Assembly (NCBI GenBank): GCA_030264375.1
Contig: JASCQW010000168.1
Location: 12,743,574 to 12,807,573, forward strand
Source of the DNA: Carcharhinus longimanus
Lineage: Eukaryota
Direction: 5' to 3'
Length of the DNA: 64,000 nt
Positions 12,871 through 27,998 of this stretch are shown piece after piece (the stretch's first letter is position 1; every line of letters starts with the position of its first letter). A program made the position numbers and the translations under genes. The notes below the pieces were generated by a model. That model was not told the DNA's origin and did not search any database. It saw only the letters and a program-made list of their open reading frames with translations.

Positions 12871-15319
12871 TCACTACCCAGATCCATTGAAATAATAAAT
12901 CTTGAAAAGTACCATAAGATTTTGTTTCCTTCAAAAACCTCACTCTACCTGTGAAGACAATCTTCTCAAACTAGGTAAGCAAATGTATTTCCGTTTTGAG
13001 ATTCAACAAGACTTATTTAATGAAGTTCATGGATTTCATTCCAAATCTAGAACACAGGCTACCCAGCCAGAAATGGCTGGCAAAGATCCAGTTTCTAATA
13101 CAAACAAGCAGCTCAGTATCATATCACTGGTGGCTCTTAATTCTGGACAAGAAATCTTCTGGACTCAGTAGCAAACTGTCCACTCTATTTGTTGCTCCTT
13201 TTAAGGACTGTCCTCCTCTGGTCACTGAACCAGGCCAAGCTCATTATCTGCCTGCCTCTCAATTTCCTCAAACCCCGAGTGGGTCACCACAACGAAAACA
13301 AAGCGTGTCCTGGGACATATAGTGGCCATGCCACAGTTAACAACTATGTAAAAGACAGGCAGATTTTAAAAAGTGTTTGGAGTAGAATAGCTATTAATGG
13401 TTTACAACTCAAGCCAGTTGCTCCCCTGTGCTGTATGAAGGTATAGATTGGCAATTTAGTAACTTTAGGTTACTTTAGCAAATGATAATATGGGAAAGTA
13501 ACTATGCGATGTAGAATTAGGTTCAATGGACAATCCAGACTTATCTGCAAGCCAGTTCACTCAGCCCTAATGTTAGAAGCCTAATGGCTAAGTGTTTCCC
13601 TCCAGGACTGGAAATGTTTAACAAATCCTTGATCAGACAGGAGTTGTCATTTTTGACGTTTTTTTCTCCAGGCTAAAGGTATCATTATTTTCAATGGATA
13701 GACCAACCGAGTTACGTACGCAGTGTTACAAAAACCTTTGTCCTCCTTTCCATTAGTTTTTAAAAAATCATCATATGGAAAAAAAACAAGTCAGCTTGAT
13801 GAAGTACATACAAGCAATACGTGGGCTACGAATGCCCTTTTGGAGAAGACATTTGTGTTCAAATTTCATCTAATTGTAAATCCAATTTGCTTAACACATG
13901 GTACATCAAACACAATTTGAAATGTTTGGAAGATCTGCATTTTAACCCAACAGTTCCTGATGTTAAGATATGTTGGCCCTGAAAAGCAGACCAGAGGATA
14001 ATTATGTCTTTCATGAATAAAGACTGACAGACAAATTCTACTGAAATTATTAGTCATTGTTTTGTAAAAAGTTTTTCTTATTATAAATGTATGTTGAACT
14101 TTACAAATATATTGAAGTTAAATTCTTTTTCATTTCTTGCCAAATGTTAAATAAGAATAAAAGGTTCCATATGAATACTGTAGAAACTGGAGAAATAAAT
14201 CAGATGATTCTGGTTCCTGTGTTTGCTTTAAAATGAATAATACAGCAGGCAGTCAAAATGAATCATACTGTTTAAGGTCCAACATAATGGGTAAGGTCTG
14301 TTTTATTTTCCTAAAATTGCAAAACCAAGACCTTGGCTGATGGCAGCTTCAGGCACATTAACCATTTACGGGTAAAGGAATAGGAAGGTTGGAATGTAAA
14401 ATTCAGTTAACCTGAAATCGAGGACTGAAATTTTCCAAGGACCCTAGAAGTCTATTTGTCAGTGTCAATATCAGCAGCTGTGGCCTCTTCTGAAGCTGCA
14501 GTGAACACCTCAAAGGGCAGGCAGGTACTTGTGGGCAAACCAGAGCCAGGAAGTCCGGCCATGCTATATGGGGAGGGGAACGGGATTTGTGGTGTGGTGG
14601 TGCTTTGGGCATAAGATTGGGTGATTCTCCATGGGTCATGGAATGGCCATTCAGGAGGGACCAGCTGCCTAGCACCCACAAGGAGGCCACCAGGGTTTAC
14701 CTGACAGTCTCCCCATATGGCAACAGATCCTCCCTTCGGGGCAAATGCCCACATAGATGGGAAGTAGCCCTTAATTGGGATTTTAAGTGGCTCAATTGTC
14801 ACACCGCTAAGGTTCCCGCCACTGGCGGGCAATATGTGGTCAGGCTGTCTGCCTGACACCTTCCCCACTATATTGCCAGACCTCTGCCTTTCAGCCCATT
14901 ATTATCCCATTGGTAATGGGCTGGAAAAATGCATCTCCTAGTTTATCAGCTGAGCTTACACAGTCCATCCATAACATCGAATACATCATACTACCAGATC
15001 ATGAACAGCTGGAGGAAGGCATGATTAATGTGTTGAATTTTATAAGATTTGATCACACAAAACCCAGAGCTATAAAACACAAGGGAAAGATTTCCTTTGG
15101 GCGCTCTGCAGAATGAAATCGTAAATGTGCTCTTTATAAACAGGTTTATAATTTTGTTATTCATGCCTTTATTACCTCAAGATTCAACTGTTAAAATGTG
15201 TTTGCATTTGGCCCCTAACCTGGGAATCTTGGATTTAAAATTCTCATCCTTGTTGCCAAATCACACCTCTCCCTATCTCCGTAACAACATTAATGTGGCT
15301 CAAAGTAACTTCAGTAAAG

Positions 15320-16010
15320 AGAAAGACATGGTTTATATAACCTTACATAATCTCAGAATGGCCCAAAGCACTTTACTTCCAATTAATAATTTTGGAAGTG
15401 CAGAAACTATTGGAAGATAGGAAATGCAGCAGTCAATACCAATATCAGACACTAGTGAATCTGTGAAATTCTTTGCCGCAGAAGGCTGTGGAGGTCAGGT
15501 CATTGCATGTCTTTAAGACAGAGATAGATAGGGTCCTTGATTAATAAGGGGATCAGGGGCTATGGGGAAAAGGCAGGAGAATGGGGATGAGAAAATTATC
15601 AGCCATGATTGAATGGCAGAGCAGACCCGATGGGCCGAATGGCCCAATTCTGCTCCTATGCCTTATGGTCTAATATTTGCTCAATAGAATCACACAAACA
15701 GCAATGAGAAAATGGCTAGAATCAGCTTTTTAGCAATGGTGTTGGTTGAGGGAGAGATATTGGTTCATACGCCAGGGAGAACCGCTCTGCCCCTCTTCGA
15801 AGATTGTTGCAGGATCTTTTACAATTACGTAAAAGGATCGAACTGGCTTTGGTTTAATATATTACCCAAGAGGGTGCAGCAATCCCTCTGCGCTTGAGTG
15901 TTTATCTGTTTTATGTGCTCACGTCTCTGGAGTGGGGCTTGACGCTTGAACCCACAGAACTCTGATACAGAGGTGGAAGTGCTATCCACTGAGCCAAGGC
16001 TGACACCTTA
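15320..16010 (-). mobile_element. SacSINE1-like DeuSINE interrupted by a CR1 3' fragment (~15450-15670, + strand)
   Basis: Head ccactgagccaaggctgacacc at 15987-16008; CR1 tail gatgggccgaatggcccaattctgctcctatg nested inside. Confidence 0.7.
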
Positions 16011-17734
16011 CTATTTTCTACATGGTATGCAGAACCATCTGACAGGCTGAATCTCAAGCTCAGAGACACTGCAAACAGGCTGGTATAAACCTGTGAAGTT
16101 CAGCATTAGTTAAGTAGTCATGAACATTTAATGACAAGCCCTGCAAATCACTGCCAGCCTGAAGTGCTGGTATTCTGTACTACAAAGGGTTTATCTGCTT
16201 CACATCTTGTTTTGGAATGCAGGCGCTGTGCGAGACCCAGTGGTGCAATGCACACAGATTAAAGAGCAATAACACATGCAATGATTTTATTAGGAACGCA
16301 TCAACTTGTATTAAACTAAAGCTCCTGCTTTGCTTCCCCAGGACAGTACTTCAAATTGGTGGCCTGAGTTTCACATTGAAAACTTTATATATTGCCAGCT
16401 GAATATCTTGAAAGCTGCATAAAAATATCCCCCAGCAGCATACTGCTGATGGCTAGACACTGCATACAAAAGAACCATCCCTTATTGCTTATAAACACAG
16501 CAGAGCAGCATATGAATCAAACAAATGCAAGGATCATTATAAATGCATTCTAGTTTACTTAAGTATTATTTGCAGCCTAGATTTTTTAAATCCCCACATA
16601 TTTTACATCAAATACACTTTCTTTCAAGGCTACAAGATAAGAGTGGTTTGATAAATGGACAGTCCTTCAATAGAACCTGCACTGTAAACAACATTGACTT
16701 AAGTTTTTCCAACAGTTCACACTTGGTGGTTGTAATGACTCAGGAAGCCCGACTGGAAAAGAATGTGGTTTATTGCAGAATGCAAAGTAAAATCACTAGT
16801 GTGGTGTACACACACTAGTCTTTACCTGGGACTCCCGTTCAGCAGGCCCAGTCCTGGGCCTGCCATAAAAGGTTCAGGTCATGCCTGGCAGGTCACTGCC
16901 TGTCACCAGGGAACTCACGAGCTTCACAAGGAGATCAGTCAGAGATTCCCCATGGGCCTCATTAAGGTTATCACAATAGTTGTTTTGCAACATATTTCTG
17001 AATATATATTTTTTAAGCTAAGATTTCTTTGGGCAGGATGCATCACAGTTTTGAAAGTATTTCAATTATATTGCTGTTGGTTCTGAGTATCTCCTAACTG
17101 ATGTGGTTGTTGCCCAATCCAAATCTGCAATGAATTTTATAGAATTACATTAAATTTACTGCACAGAAACAGTACACTTAGCCTAGCTGGTTCGTGCTAG
17201 TGTTTATTCACCACATGAGCCTCCTCCCACTTCATCTAATTCACTCACCATATCCTTCTATTCCATTCTCCCCCGTGTTCTTATCTACTTTCCCTTTAGA
17301 TACATCTAATGCGCCTGCAGTGAGCTAATGTTTGACCACAGTGCATGGGGGTAAAAATGCTTTGGTGTTAGAAAGTGCCAATGCCAAGCATATGCATTAC
17401 AAGGCTACTGAAAATATGCAAGTATTTAAGGCACTGATGTGAATGCTGTGCTGATATTCTGCATTTTATGAAGTGTCTGCACCATAAAGATCCCTCAGCA
17501 GGAATACAATAACGAATCTCCTTAAACTCATCTCAAATTTTTGTCCCTGACAAACACAGATATTGCCAAAATTTTCTCAATACTGGGCCTTAGCAGCCTG
17601 AACTTCCTAATGACCCCTCCCACAGTGGAACAAGCACAAAGACATGATGCTTTGCAAATCGGAGCACGTGCTACCATGTGACATTGCCCACGTGGATATC
17701 AAGCATAATGATAAAACCTTTAAAAGCAGACAAA

Positions 17735-18070
17735 CCTATCTTCATATTGAGCCTTCCATGACCTCAGGAGGTCTGAAAATTCTTCAGCCAACAAATTATT
17801 TTGAACTATAGGCAGCTGACTTGCAGATGGCAAGGTCTTATCAACTGCGAGCCAGACAACTATTATGATGGTACTGGCTGAAGAGTAAGTGTTGGCCAGG
17901 ACACCAGGAGAACACACGTGCTCTTCTTTGAGTAGTGCCACAGGGTCTTTTACATCTGCCTGAATAGGCAGACATAGCCTCAGTTGAACAACCTCATCCA
18001 AATTGCCAGCAGCAATGCAGCACTCCTTCAGTACTGCACTCATGTGTCAGACCGCATTATGGGACAAATT
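17735..18070 (-). mobile_element. SacSINE1-like DeuSINE
   Basis: gcagcactccttcagtactgcact..tgtcag Deu core. Confidence 0.65.
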
Positions 18071-18899
18071 CAACTCTGTCGGGATTGCAGAATGGACAGT
18101 AGCAAATTGTCCGCCCTTTATACACTCTACTGTATTTTCACAACCATTGACTGCTAGATAATTAAACTGTATTTCAAATTAATCCCTTGGCCATGAAGCA
18201 TTTTCAGATTTCTGAAGATCATGGACTCAGTAAATCGAGGCCCGTCTGTTGTTTTTATAAAGGATTTTATTTTTACACTTGGCATCAATGATGGTCATTG
18301 CACAGTAATCCTGTCGGACTGTATCACATGCTGGCATCTGCTTCAATCCGCAAAGCCTCAACCAGTCTAGTGTGCCACAATGCTGGACAATTTGCTACCA
18401 CCCTTTTTATGCTCCCAGCAAAATTGCAATTTATGCCAATGCCTCTCAATTTTATAACTGTACAACACAGCATAGAAAAAGCCATTTATCTTCATTTTTT
18501 TTCTAAATGCTCATTGTTAATAATCACAACTTCTCAAACATCATGTAAGGAACTAGCGCCACTTTCATGGAAAAGGGCAATATCAACTCAATGTAATTCC
18601 TACCATCTGGATGGGCTGGTTTAAGGAATGTTATATTCTACAGCATTATGCAAAAGAAAACTTTCCTCCTTTCTCCCACACAACCAACAGCTATTCAACT
18701 CATTACTTTTTATAGGATGTTACAATAACTTGCTACCATGTTCACCTGGCTAACTCCAAACAATATTCAAATCATGGCCCACTATCACAAGTTCCAATCT
18801 CATGATCAGATGCTTAAGTACACATCATAACAGTTTGACCATCACTTTCTGTTTTCAAGGTTGTCATCTTGCTCACTGAGAAAGCTTTCACAGACAGAA

Positions 18900-19300
18900 A
18901 GACAGGTCTGAATTAATACAGTGCCTTTCACAAACTCAGGATGTCCCAAAGCACTTTACAGCCAATGACATAATATTGAAGAATAGTCACTGATGCGTGG
19001 GAATCACCATGGTTGATTTGCACATAGCAAGTTCCCACAAACAGCAATACGATAAGGAGCAAATAATTTGTTTTAATGCCATTGATTGAAAGATAAATAT
19101 TGATCAGGATTATGGTGGTAACTCCCCTGCTCTTACTTGAAAATAAGTTATGGCTACCTCAGAGAATGGACTGAGCCTCAGCTTAATGTCTCAGGATGGC
19201 ACCTCCAACAGTGCAGCACTCCCTCAGTACTGCACTGAAGTGTGTGATGAGATGCGTTTGCATTCAAGTCTCTGGAATGGTACAGCCTTTAGGCTGAGCA
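18900..19300 (-). mobile_element. SacSINE1-like DeuSINE
   Basis: gatggcacctccaacagtgcagcactccctcagtactgcactg Deu core. Confidence 0.7.
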
Positions 19301-19802
19301 GCCATTACAACCTGTCACCTTGTGATGGTGGCAAAGATGGACACTGCACTGCATCTTCAATCACCTACCCACCGCAGGAACATTGTTGCGGTGGCTGTGC
19401 TACAGGACCGCAGGGAAAGAAATGTAGAAAATAGCCCCTTCTGGGTACTGTGCACTTCAACGGAAACCATAGAAGATGGGGGTCTCCTGATGGTTTGACT
19501 CTTGCCATTGTGCAGCTTGTGACCTAAAAAACACATCTGGCTTTCACTCCTGCTTATTATTTTATATGCTTAACAGCAAATTTTCTTTTAAACATTGCAC
19601 CAAATATATAACCCATGGACTGTTAGCCTGAACTAAATTAAAGCTTAAGAAAACAACGTCAGATCCCCAGTCCATTTGGACTATTGCAGTACTGGCACCC
19701 ATTCAAAGCTGTGGTACGTGAGGGGCACCTGCTGTTAAGGAAGAAAAACATGGTAACATCTTCCATCTTTTATTTTTCCCTTCGAGATATATTCTTTATT
19801 CA

Positions 19803-20060
<258 letters not shown>

Positions 20061-21159
20061 TCAATTCTTTGCTCCCAAAAAACATCTTGAAAAATGCGCA
20101 GCATTTCGTGAGATGTTACGACAAACTCTCCTTTATTTTCCCTGGGAACCCCACACAATAAAATGGCACCAGAGCGGCATGCAACAAACACACTGTACTT
20201 CANNNNNNNNNNACATCTGTTGCCCATTCAGAGCGAGCTCCCCAGGGCCTTTCATACCTGTCCAATATCGCTGTTTAAACATTTTGTTTTATTTTTATAT
20301 TGTTCGTCCAAGAGTGCCAGTGTAGCATTTCTGTCCTGTAATGAACTACAAAACTACAAGCAGCTGCAGCCCTTCCGTGGCATGCTCAGAAGGTAGACTC
20401 GATATAAAGCAGCCTCCCTTCCCCACTCTGTGTCTGGGCTCTCGGTGCTGCATTTCACTGCCTGACATTTTACAGGTGTGTGAACCCTGGATTTGGAAAG
20501 ATTCACTTTGTGGTTGTTTCAAGTATATAATATGTAAAAAAACAAAGAACAGATCTGAGCCACTGGAATCAGGTTTTTAGTTACAGTTAAACCCATGGAT
20601 TGATTGTGGAGTTTAAGATGTAGGAGCGTCTGTTTATTTTTCACTCCGATTTCTGAGCAACTTCCTTCTCTGTTGTTCTGGGGTCAGAATAGATCCTCTG
20701 TATGGAAGGAATCATGAATGTGTTAACAAAGAACAGATTTACAGTCACCATTGAGACCACTAAGATAGAACGCCTCACTGAATTGGCCCATACCATACTC
20801 AGGCAGCAAATGTTAATGGGTTACTTCACCATGCTGGATTTAATGACCAAACAAAATTCTGTCATCATCCTACTTCCATGCACACACTTACCAGTGAGGG
20901 CACAAGGTGGAGGAGGTGGATGGGAAGGAGGGGGTCACTAGATGGTCATCTGGAGTAGGAAGTCTGACTAATTTTGCCTCCCTTTACTGCCTGAGGATCA
21001 ATGGGGCCTATTGCAACTCCCTGGGTGCTATTTCAGCTAAGCTGAACTAACCCAGTACCTGGACATAATCCTCGAACTCCTGAGCGATGCATTGACATGA
21101 CGTCCTCTGGGGGCAGGAGGTGGGGTGGGTTTAGTTCGCTAGGTGCATGCGGCACATTA

Positions 21160-21331
21160 GGGGCTGCGTAGTGGCACAGTGGTTAGCACTGCTGCCTCAC
21201 AGTGCCAGAGATCTGTATTCAATTCCAGCTTACGTCACTGTGCAGAGTTTGCACATTCTCCCCGTGTCTGCATGGGTTTCCTCCCACAGTCTAAAGATGT
21301 GTGGGTTAGGTGGATTGGCCATGCTAAATTG
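21160..21331 (+). mobile_element. HE1 SINE, truncated by gap
   Basis: HE1 head and V-domain running into Ns. Confidence 0.88.
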
Positions 21332-22771
21332 NNNNNNNNNNNNNNNNNNNNNNNNNNNNNNNNNNNNNNNNNNNNNNNNNNNNNNNNNNNNNNNNNNNNN
21401 NNNNNNNNNNNNNNNNNNNNNNNNNNNNNNNNNNNNNNNNNNNNNNNNNNNNNNNNNNNNNNNNNNNNNNNNNNNNNNNNNNNNNNNNNNNNNNNNNNNN
21501 NNNNNNNNNNNNNNNNNNNNNNNNNNNNNNNNNNNNNNNNNNNNNNNNNNNNNNNNNNNNNNNNNNNNNNNNNNNNNNNNNNNNNNNNNNNNNNNNNNNN
21601 NNNNNNNNNNNNNNNNNNNNNNNNNNNNNNNNNNNNNNNNNNNNNNNNTATTAGCTCACAATCTTCTAATGTACAAGAAAAACTGTTAATGACAGAATCA
21701 TGGCTGGCTCATATTTATGCTATGTGAAGAACTCTTCAAAGAACAGCTAGTCTAGTTGAGTCAGGAATCCACAAAGATGTCTGAATTGATGTTGAATGGT
21801 CAAAAACAGCTGGGTGTTAACTTCTTTTTTCTTTGAGTTGTTTTGATACCTTTACTATACAAGGTCAAAATTATAAAACAATTTACAATATATTTCTCAA
21901 TCTCCAACATTCAGGATTAACACAAAGTAATTGTGAATCAACAGGCAAACTGAAGTCGAAACCACACTGTACAATAACTGGTAGTTGTGACCAAGTTGGA
22001 GCCCGTGGATTTCTCAACAAGCCATTCAGATATAAGTATTCGCTGAGTTGTACATTCTTTTTAATTCTCTGTATCCTTTATAAGGAATTGCACATCTTTA
22101 CTCTTCCCTTTCAAAGATCTAGCTTTGGAATCTTCTCCAAACGTCACTCCAACTTGGACTGCCTCCATAACAGCTCATTTCGCAGGTTTTCAATCTCATC
22201 TCCTGAGACACCATTTCCCTGAAACTGAGACTGCACTTCAGCACCAACCCCCAAGCATATTTTCAGCTCCTCACTCATGCTGAGCAAAATACAACAGCTC
22301 CAAAGGGATACATTTGCCCCAGCACAGAATCATCAACCTCCTGCTGTATTTGCCATTGCCCAGGGATTCTCCCAAGCCCTCACTATTGAAAGCCTGCAAA
22401 CTGCAGCACTTTTATCACTTACATCCACTTTCCTTGATCACCTTCCTGGTAGTTCCTACTGGTAGTGTCCTTTTCTCAGTGGTTCCTTGCACAGTCCTTT
22501 CTCTTTAACCAGAACCTCTCTTGGGACCCTTCTCTGGTAGAACACTCTACTCTTCGGACATCCAAACTGGTTTTCCTCCTGTTTTGTTTTATGTAGGTGG
22601 ACTGGGCCCATGTCCTTGGTCCAAAAAACTACAAATGCCAGACTGCATATGTGTGGAAATGCCAGGAGTCTGTCAGGACTCAAAGTTCCCGATCTACCCG
22701 ACAAGGTAAGTCAGGACTCTTAACAAGGCCGACTGACTTCTTGTTGAGTCTGTATTTCAAGGATGCCAGAG

Positions 22772-22935
22772 TAAATTGTCCTTAGTGTTCAAAAATGTGT
22801 TAGGTGGATTAGGCATGGAAAATGCATGGGGTTATAGGAATAAGATGAGGTGGGCGTGAGTAGGACTCAATTTCGGAAAGTTGGTGCAGACTTGACGGGC
22901 CGAATGACCTCCATCTGCATGGAAGGGGTGCTATA
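22772..22935 (+). mobile_element. HE1 SINE 3' fragment
   Basis: aaattgtccttagtgt...gacgggccgaatgacctcc tail. Confidence 0.75.
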
Positions 22936-24039
22936 GACTGGGGAACTGGCCTATTTTCTTTACCTCGACTTAAGTCAAATCAAAGAGTCCAGACTGGGCA
23001 TTGAATTTAGCTGCAAGTTGCTAGGTTTATCCATTTTAAGCCCCAAGGAGAACATATCTTGTATCCCATTTGCTTCAGAGGATCTCATCTAAGATCATTC
23101 TAAAATAAACAATGCTGGCTCTTCCCAAAACTAGTAAGAATATCCAAACCATTTCCACGTGGATTGAAAGGATGGATTCTTTAAAAAAACATTTCTGCTG
23201 ACCAAGTGGAGGTTATCCCATTGCAAAAAAGTCATCTGTCAACACCAATGGATGATGAAGGTTTACAGCAGGAGCGAGAGATAATGCAACACATTGAACT
23301 GTGAAACAGAAAAGGGACTTAGCGGCTGTGCCTGTTACTTCCGACACAGTGAACTCTGAAATCCAGTCATGGTGAGAGGCGATGATAGAAGCCGAGAGCA
23401 GAGGAACAGGAGTAGTCCCTTCAGCACCTTGAACCTGTTAAGCTATTTAATTAGACCATGGCTTTAACTATATCTTAACACTATTTAGCTGTATTGATGC
23501 TGGCGTTTGAAGAAAACAAGCTTGCAGGGCTATGGGAATGGAACAGAGGAGTGAGACCAACTAGAATGCCGTGTGGAGCCGGTATGGACTTCATGCACTG
23601 CATGGCCTCCTTCTGTGCTGTAAATGGCTCAGACTCTGTTGCTTAACAAATGTCTAACAAAAATATCATCAATCTTAGCTCTGGAATTTTTAATTGAACC
23701 CCAGGATCAACATATTTTTTCCTTTTGTGTGAAAAGCAGCTTCCTGACATCAGCCCCGATTGACTGAGCTGCAATTTGAAATTTACAATGCTCTGGACTC
23801 CTTCTCCCTCAGAAGCTCCCATTCTCAGCTACACTGCAAGGAGGGCAGAAAACAATCCGGGTTCCTCACCATAAAACTCTTAGTAATAGAACAGTAATAG
23901 ATCTCAATGAAACATCAGCAGGAGATTCTGCTGCCCTCTCACAGATGGAGAGGGGAAGGGAACCTAAAGGGACGAGGGGGTGTGGGGGGAGGCTTCTCCA
24001 TCACAGGGTAACTGCTGTAACACCTACTCTGTCTTCAAG

Positions 24040-24446
24040 GGGCAACATTGTGGTTAGCACTGCAGTCTCACAGTGCTGGGGACTCGGGTTCGATTCTGCC
24101 CTTGGGTCACTGCCTGTGTGGAGTTTGCATGTTCTCCCCGTGTCTGCGTGCATTTCCTCTGGGTGTTCCAGTTTCCTCCCACAGTCCAAAGATATGCAGG
24201 GTTAGGTTGATCAGCCGTGCTAATTTGACCCTTAGGGTTAGGGGATTAGCAGGGTACATAAATGTGGTTATGGGAATAGAGTGTGGCTGGGATTGTGATC
24301 GGTGAAGACTTGATGGGCCGAATGGCCTCCTNNNNNNNNNNNNNNNNNNNNNNNNNNNNNNNNNNNNNNNNNNNNNNNNNNNNNNNNNNNNNNNNNNNNN
24401 NNNNNNNNNNNNNNNNNNNNNNNNNNNNNNNTGTAGGGATTCTATG
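24040..24446 (+). mobile_element. HE1 SINE (internal gap)
   Basis: Full pattern; the tail resumes after the 100-N gap. Confidence 0.88.
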
Positions 24447-25269
24447 AGAAGCAAGTTACCCTGACAGTGAGAAGCTTTACTCTCTGACATTCCAATAGTG
24501 ACCACAAAGGGGATCAACTGCAACTGACTCCGTGCAGCTTGCACGTCATGTGCAGTGAGATTCACATAACGCCAAGCGGAAGGGTTGAATTTAAAATGCT
24601 TCTGGAAAAACAAGCTGAATATCACTCTCCTTAAATTCCACCACGCCTCATGCTTCATCTGGTTACATTTTATGTGCTCTGCAAAAATATCTTGCTTAAA
24701 TTTATTTATTTTTCTCCATCAGACTGAGGGAACCCGGTGTCTGTGTGAGGGAAAACATTAAAAAAAAGAGTAGGAACATCTGCTGACAGTCTGCAGCCAG
24801 GACCCAAGTCAGGTCATGGTCAGGAAGCTATAGAGTTGGCGCAGACGTATCATATCAAATATCTCCTTGTCTTAATGCCACATGCCATGCCATAAGACGA
24901 GTGGACAAAAATGATACTGAACAGACAGACAGCAAGTCATTTTCCATCAGACTATTTCATTGCTCTCTCTCTTTCCCTTCTGATTCTCCCTGGGATCCTA
25001 TACTACAAGCAGCAGGAAGCCTCCAGTCTGCTCCCCCTGCACTCCTCAAAACAGCAGGACTTGCACGTGTCAAGTTTTATTCTGAAATTTTAACAAGCTC
25101 AATCCTGCAGGAGTAGCAGGTGGATCACTGAAGTGTTAGGCTGAGGTGCCTGCTCCAGCTTTAACAAGGCAGCTGAAAGAAGGTGAAAGCTGCTGCACGG
25201 AAGAGGTGAGCACTTTTCTTGCACTGTGTGTAGATCAGGAGGAGCAGGAATCTGCAATGCCAGGGGATA

Positions 25270-26580
25270 ATTTCGGGTGGTATGCTAGTGAGACACAGTA
25301 TACATCATCTCATTACTGGAAAGCTTCAAGCAGATCACAGGCCACAATCAAGCAGAAATCTGGCTGAAACAGTGCCAAAGGTTTACCAGATATCGCAACT
25401 GCATCAAGCCTCACTGTAAAGCCAAACAGTGAGCAGGTCAGTATGCTATTATACACAAGGGGTGGCTGTGCAGATGATATCCTCATCAAGGAAGTAATCG
25501 ATGGGGCAGAAAACTGCATATAATGAGGAAATAGAAGCACTTGATGCCTGTTCGATCTGTGAAAGGATACCATGTCAAGTGGGCTAAATTTGACAAGCGT
25601 ACCCAATGACAAGTGGTGCACTGATACAGAATCACAAAATCATTATGGCACAGGAGACAGTCCTTGGCCCATGACGTCTGCACCAACTCTCCAAACAAGC
25701 ATCATGACTCACATTTATCAACAATTTGTACCAGTGACTGAGAACTGTGAATATGGCAGACGAGATGAAATAATTAGGGATGTGCTTGTTGATAGAGTCG
25801 TGTTTGACAATTTAACCTGAACAAAGGCAATTAATGAGCACATGGGTGATGTCCTGATCCATGGTTCCACTCAGGCACATGACGAGTGTGTGCCGTGCTG
25901 CAATGCTAACAGGAAGCAGAACTTGCATGTAACAACAAATATTAATCCTCATAGCCACCAGTCAAGTTCCTTGGGCATACTGTGGATACATCTGGTGTCA
26001 AATTGGATCCAGTGTCAGGGCGGATCTGGTGCCGGGGTGGATTCACAGAAGACAAGAACAATCAAGCAGTTCTTGGCTCCTCACAATGTGACTGAGCTCC
26101 AGAGATTCATGGGTATTGTAAACCCAAGTCAGTAAGTTGTCTGTTTCAATGAGTCACTACGCCAGTTGTTACAACAAGACAATCCATGGTGATCGGAGGA
26201 AGTACAACAGAGGTCTTTTGGGAAAATCAGACGCTGATAACACCTAATATTTTAGCTTACGACAATCCAGAACTACCCACTATCATAGCTGCAGATGCAT
26301 CTTCTGCAGGATTGGAAACTACAATGAAATTACTGTGAAAATCCTCTAGTATAGTGTGGAGGATCGGAGACTTGGGGAGATGTTGTATCAGGAGTTAATT
26401 CTAACTGAGTGATATGCTAATGGAACACGGTATACATCATCACAGGAAATTAGGCAATGTCTCAGGAGTCTGCTTCCTCTGGCAGACTTCATGGCAAGGA
26501 AGCCACTATGTTGTTTCTTAATAAAGCTACCATTGTTGTTGTCTCAGCAAACTCTATAAGTTTTCTGTATTAGCACAATG
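25270..26580 (+). mobile_element. Decayed Gypsy LTR retrotransposon relic
   Basis: gag-like ENCEYGRRDEIIRD; RT/RNaseH-like APHNVTELQRFMGIVN and TIIAADASSAGL; ggggaga+tgttgta LTR start near 26375. Confidence 0.75.
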
Positions 26581-27010
26581 GGACCAGGAATTTTGTAAAA
26601 TCTCCTCTCCAAGAGAGCCAACCCACTTGTCCACATCCCCAGGATCAAACCCTTGCCGCCTAGATTTAAAGCCCCCAACCCGCCACTTCAGCCGGTCTAG
26701 CAGAGCAATGGAGGCAGGTTCACTGGCTTTTGGGAGGGAATTAATGGATATTTGAGGTGAAGAATTTAATAGGCTCTGAGGGCAGGTGCATGGAACTAAT
26801 TGGACAGTTGAGAGTGCTAGCAGGGACAGGATGGGCTGAAAGGTCTAATCAGTGCTGTAGGTTTTGCCCTTTTCAAATTCAAACACAGGTTTTGTCTCTT
26901 TGGTGTTTGCCAATATTCGCAGTCTTCAACAGCGAAGTCTGTAAACTATCAGTCTGCTCAGGAGAGTAATAAAAGCATTATTCTGAATTAATACAAAAGA
27001 AGATTCTGAC

Positions 27011-27080
27011 CTTGTTATGATACTGTAACATCTGTGTTATAATTCTTATCTTTGGATTGTAATTTTTGATTGATATTACC
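27011..27080 (-). CDS. KCNMA1: BK channel exon 13: [23 protein letters not shown]
   Basis: 70 nt, cag| and |gtcaga, phase 2-0. Confidence 0.98.
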
Positions 27081-27693
27081 CTGAAAAGAGAAAAGGAAAA
27101 TGTTTATTAAGCAGTGACTCATTGTTAAGTTTATTGGCTAAACCCTTGAATAATCACGTCATAGACAAACAGAACACAACATAATCTCCCAAACACTTAA
27201 GACACCTACAAAGCTGTGAAGGAGTATGCATGGCAGTATTACTCAGTTTTTCATCTGTGGAATCAGAGCTAACTAAAACTGAAATGAATCATTCATTTTA
27301 AAAATGACCGTGTCCATTTTTGCTCCTTCAGCAGCCATTTATTAATAAAATAAGAAGCAGGAGCAGGAATATGCTTTCGGACCTCTTGAGTCTGTTCTAC
27401 CATTCAATAAGGTCGTGGCTGACTGTTCCTCGGCCTCTCAATGGGAACCTACTGTTACCTCTGTGACTATGCACCCTCTGCTGGTTGTGTAGGGGATTAC
27501 ACAAAAGCTTAAAACACTACTCAAACCTGGAAACAGAATGGAGAAACTTCCTCAAGTCTTCCGCTACTGCATTGCTGTAACTTGGAATATACTCCATTTA
27601 CACATGAAAATGTCGAATTTACAGAGCTAGAGTAGAGGGAGGTTAGAGAAAATTCATGGTAAAGACCTTTCCTGCTATTCCTATCATAAATTG

Positions 27694-27998
27694 GAATCAA
27701 AGAATCCTACAGTGCAGGAGGAGGCCATTCGGCCCATTGAACCCGCACCAACCACAATCCCATCCAGGCCTTATCCCCATAACCCCATGCATTTACCCTA
27801 GATAGACCCCCTGACACTAAGGGGCAATTTAGCATGGCCAATCCACCTGTGGGAGGAAACCAGAACACCTGGAGGAAACCCATGCAGACATGGAGAGAAA
27901 GTGCAGACTCCACAGAGACAACGATCCAAGCTGGGAATTGAACCCAGATTCCTGGTGCTGTGACGGAGCAGTGATAACCATTGTGCCACCGTGCCGCC
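27694..27998 (-). mobile_element. HE1 SINE
   Basis: Reverse complement of the HE1 pattern with a small internal deletion. Confidence 0.9.
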
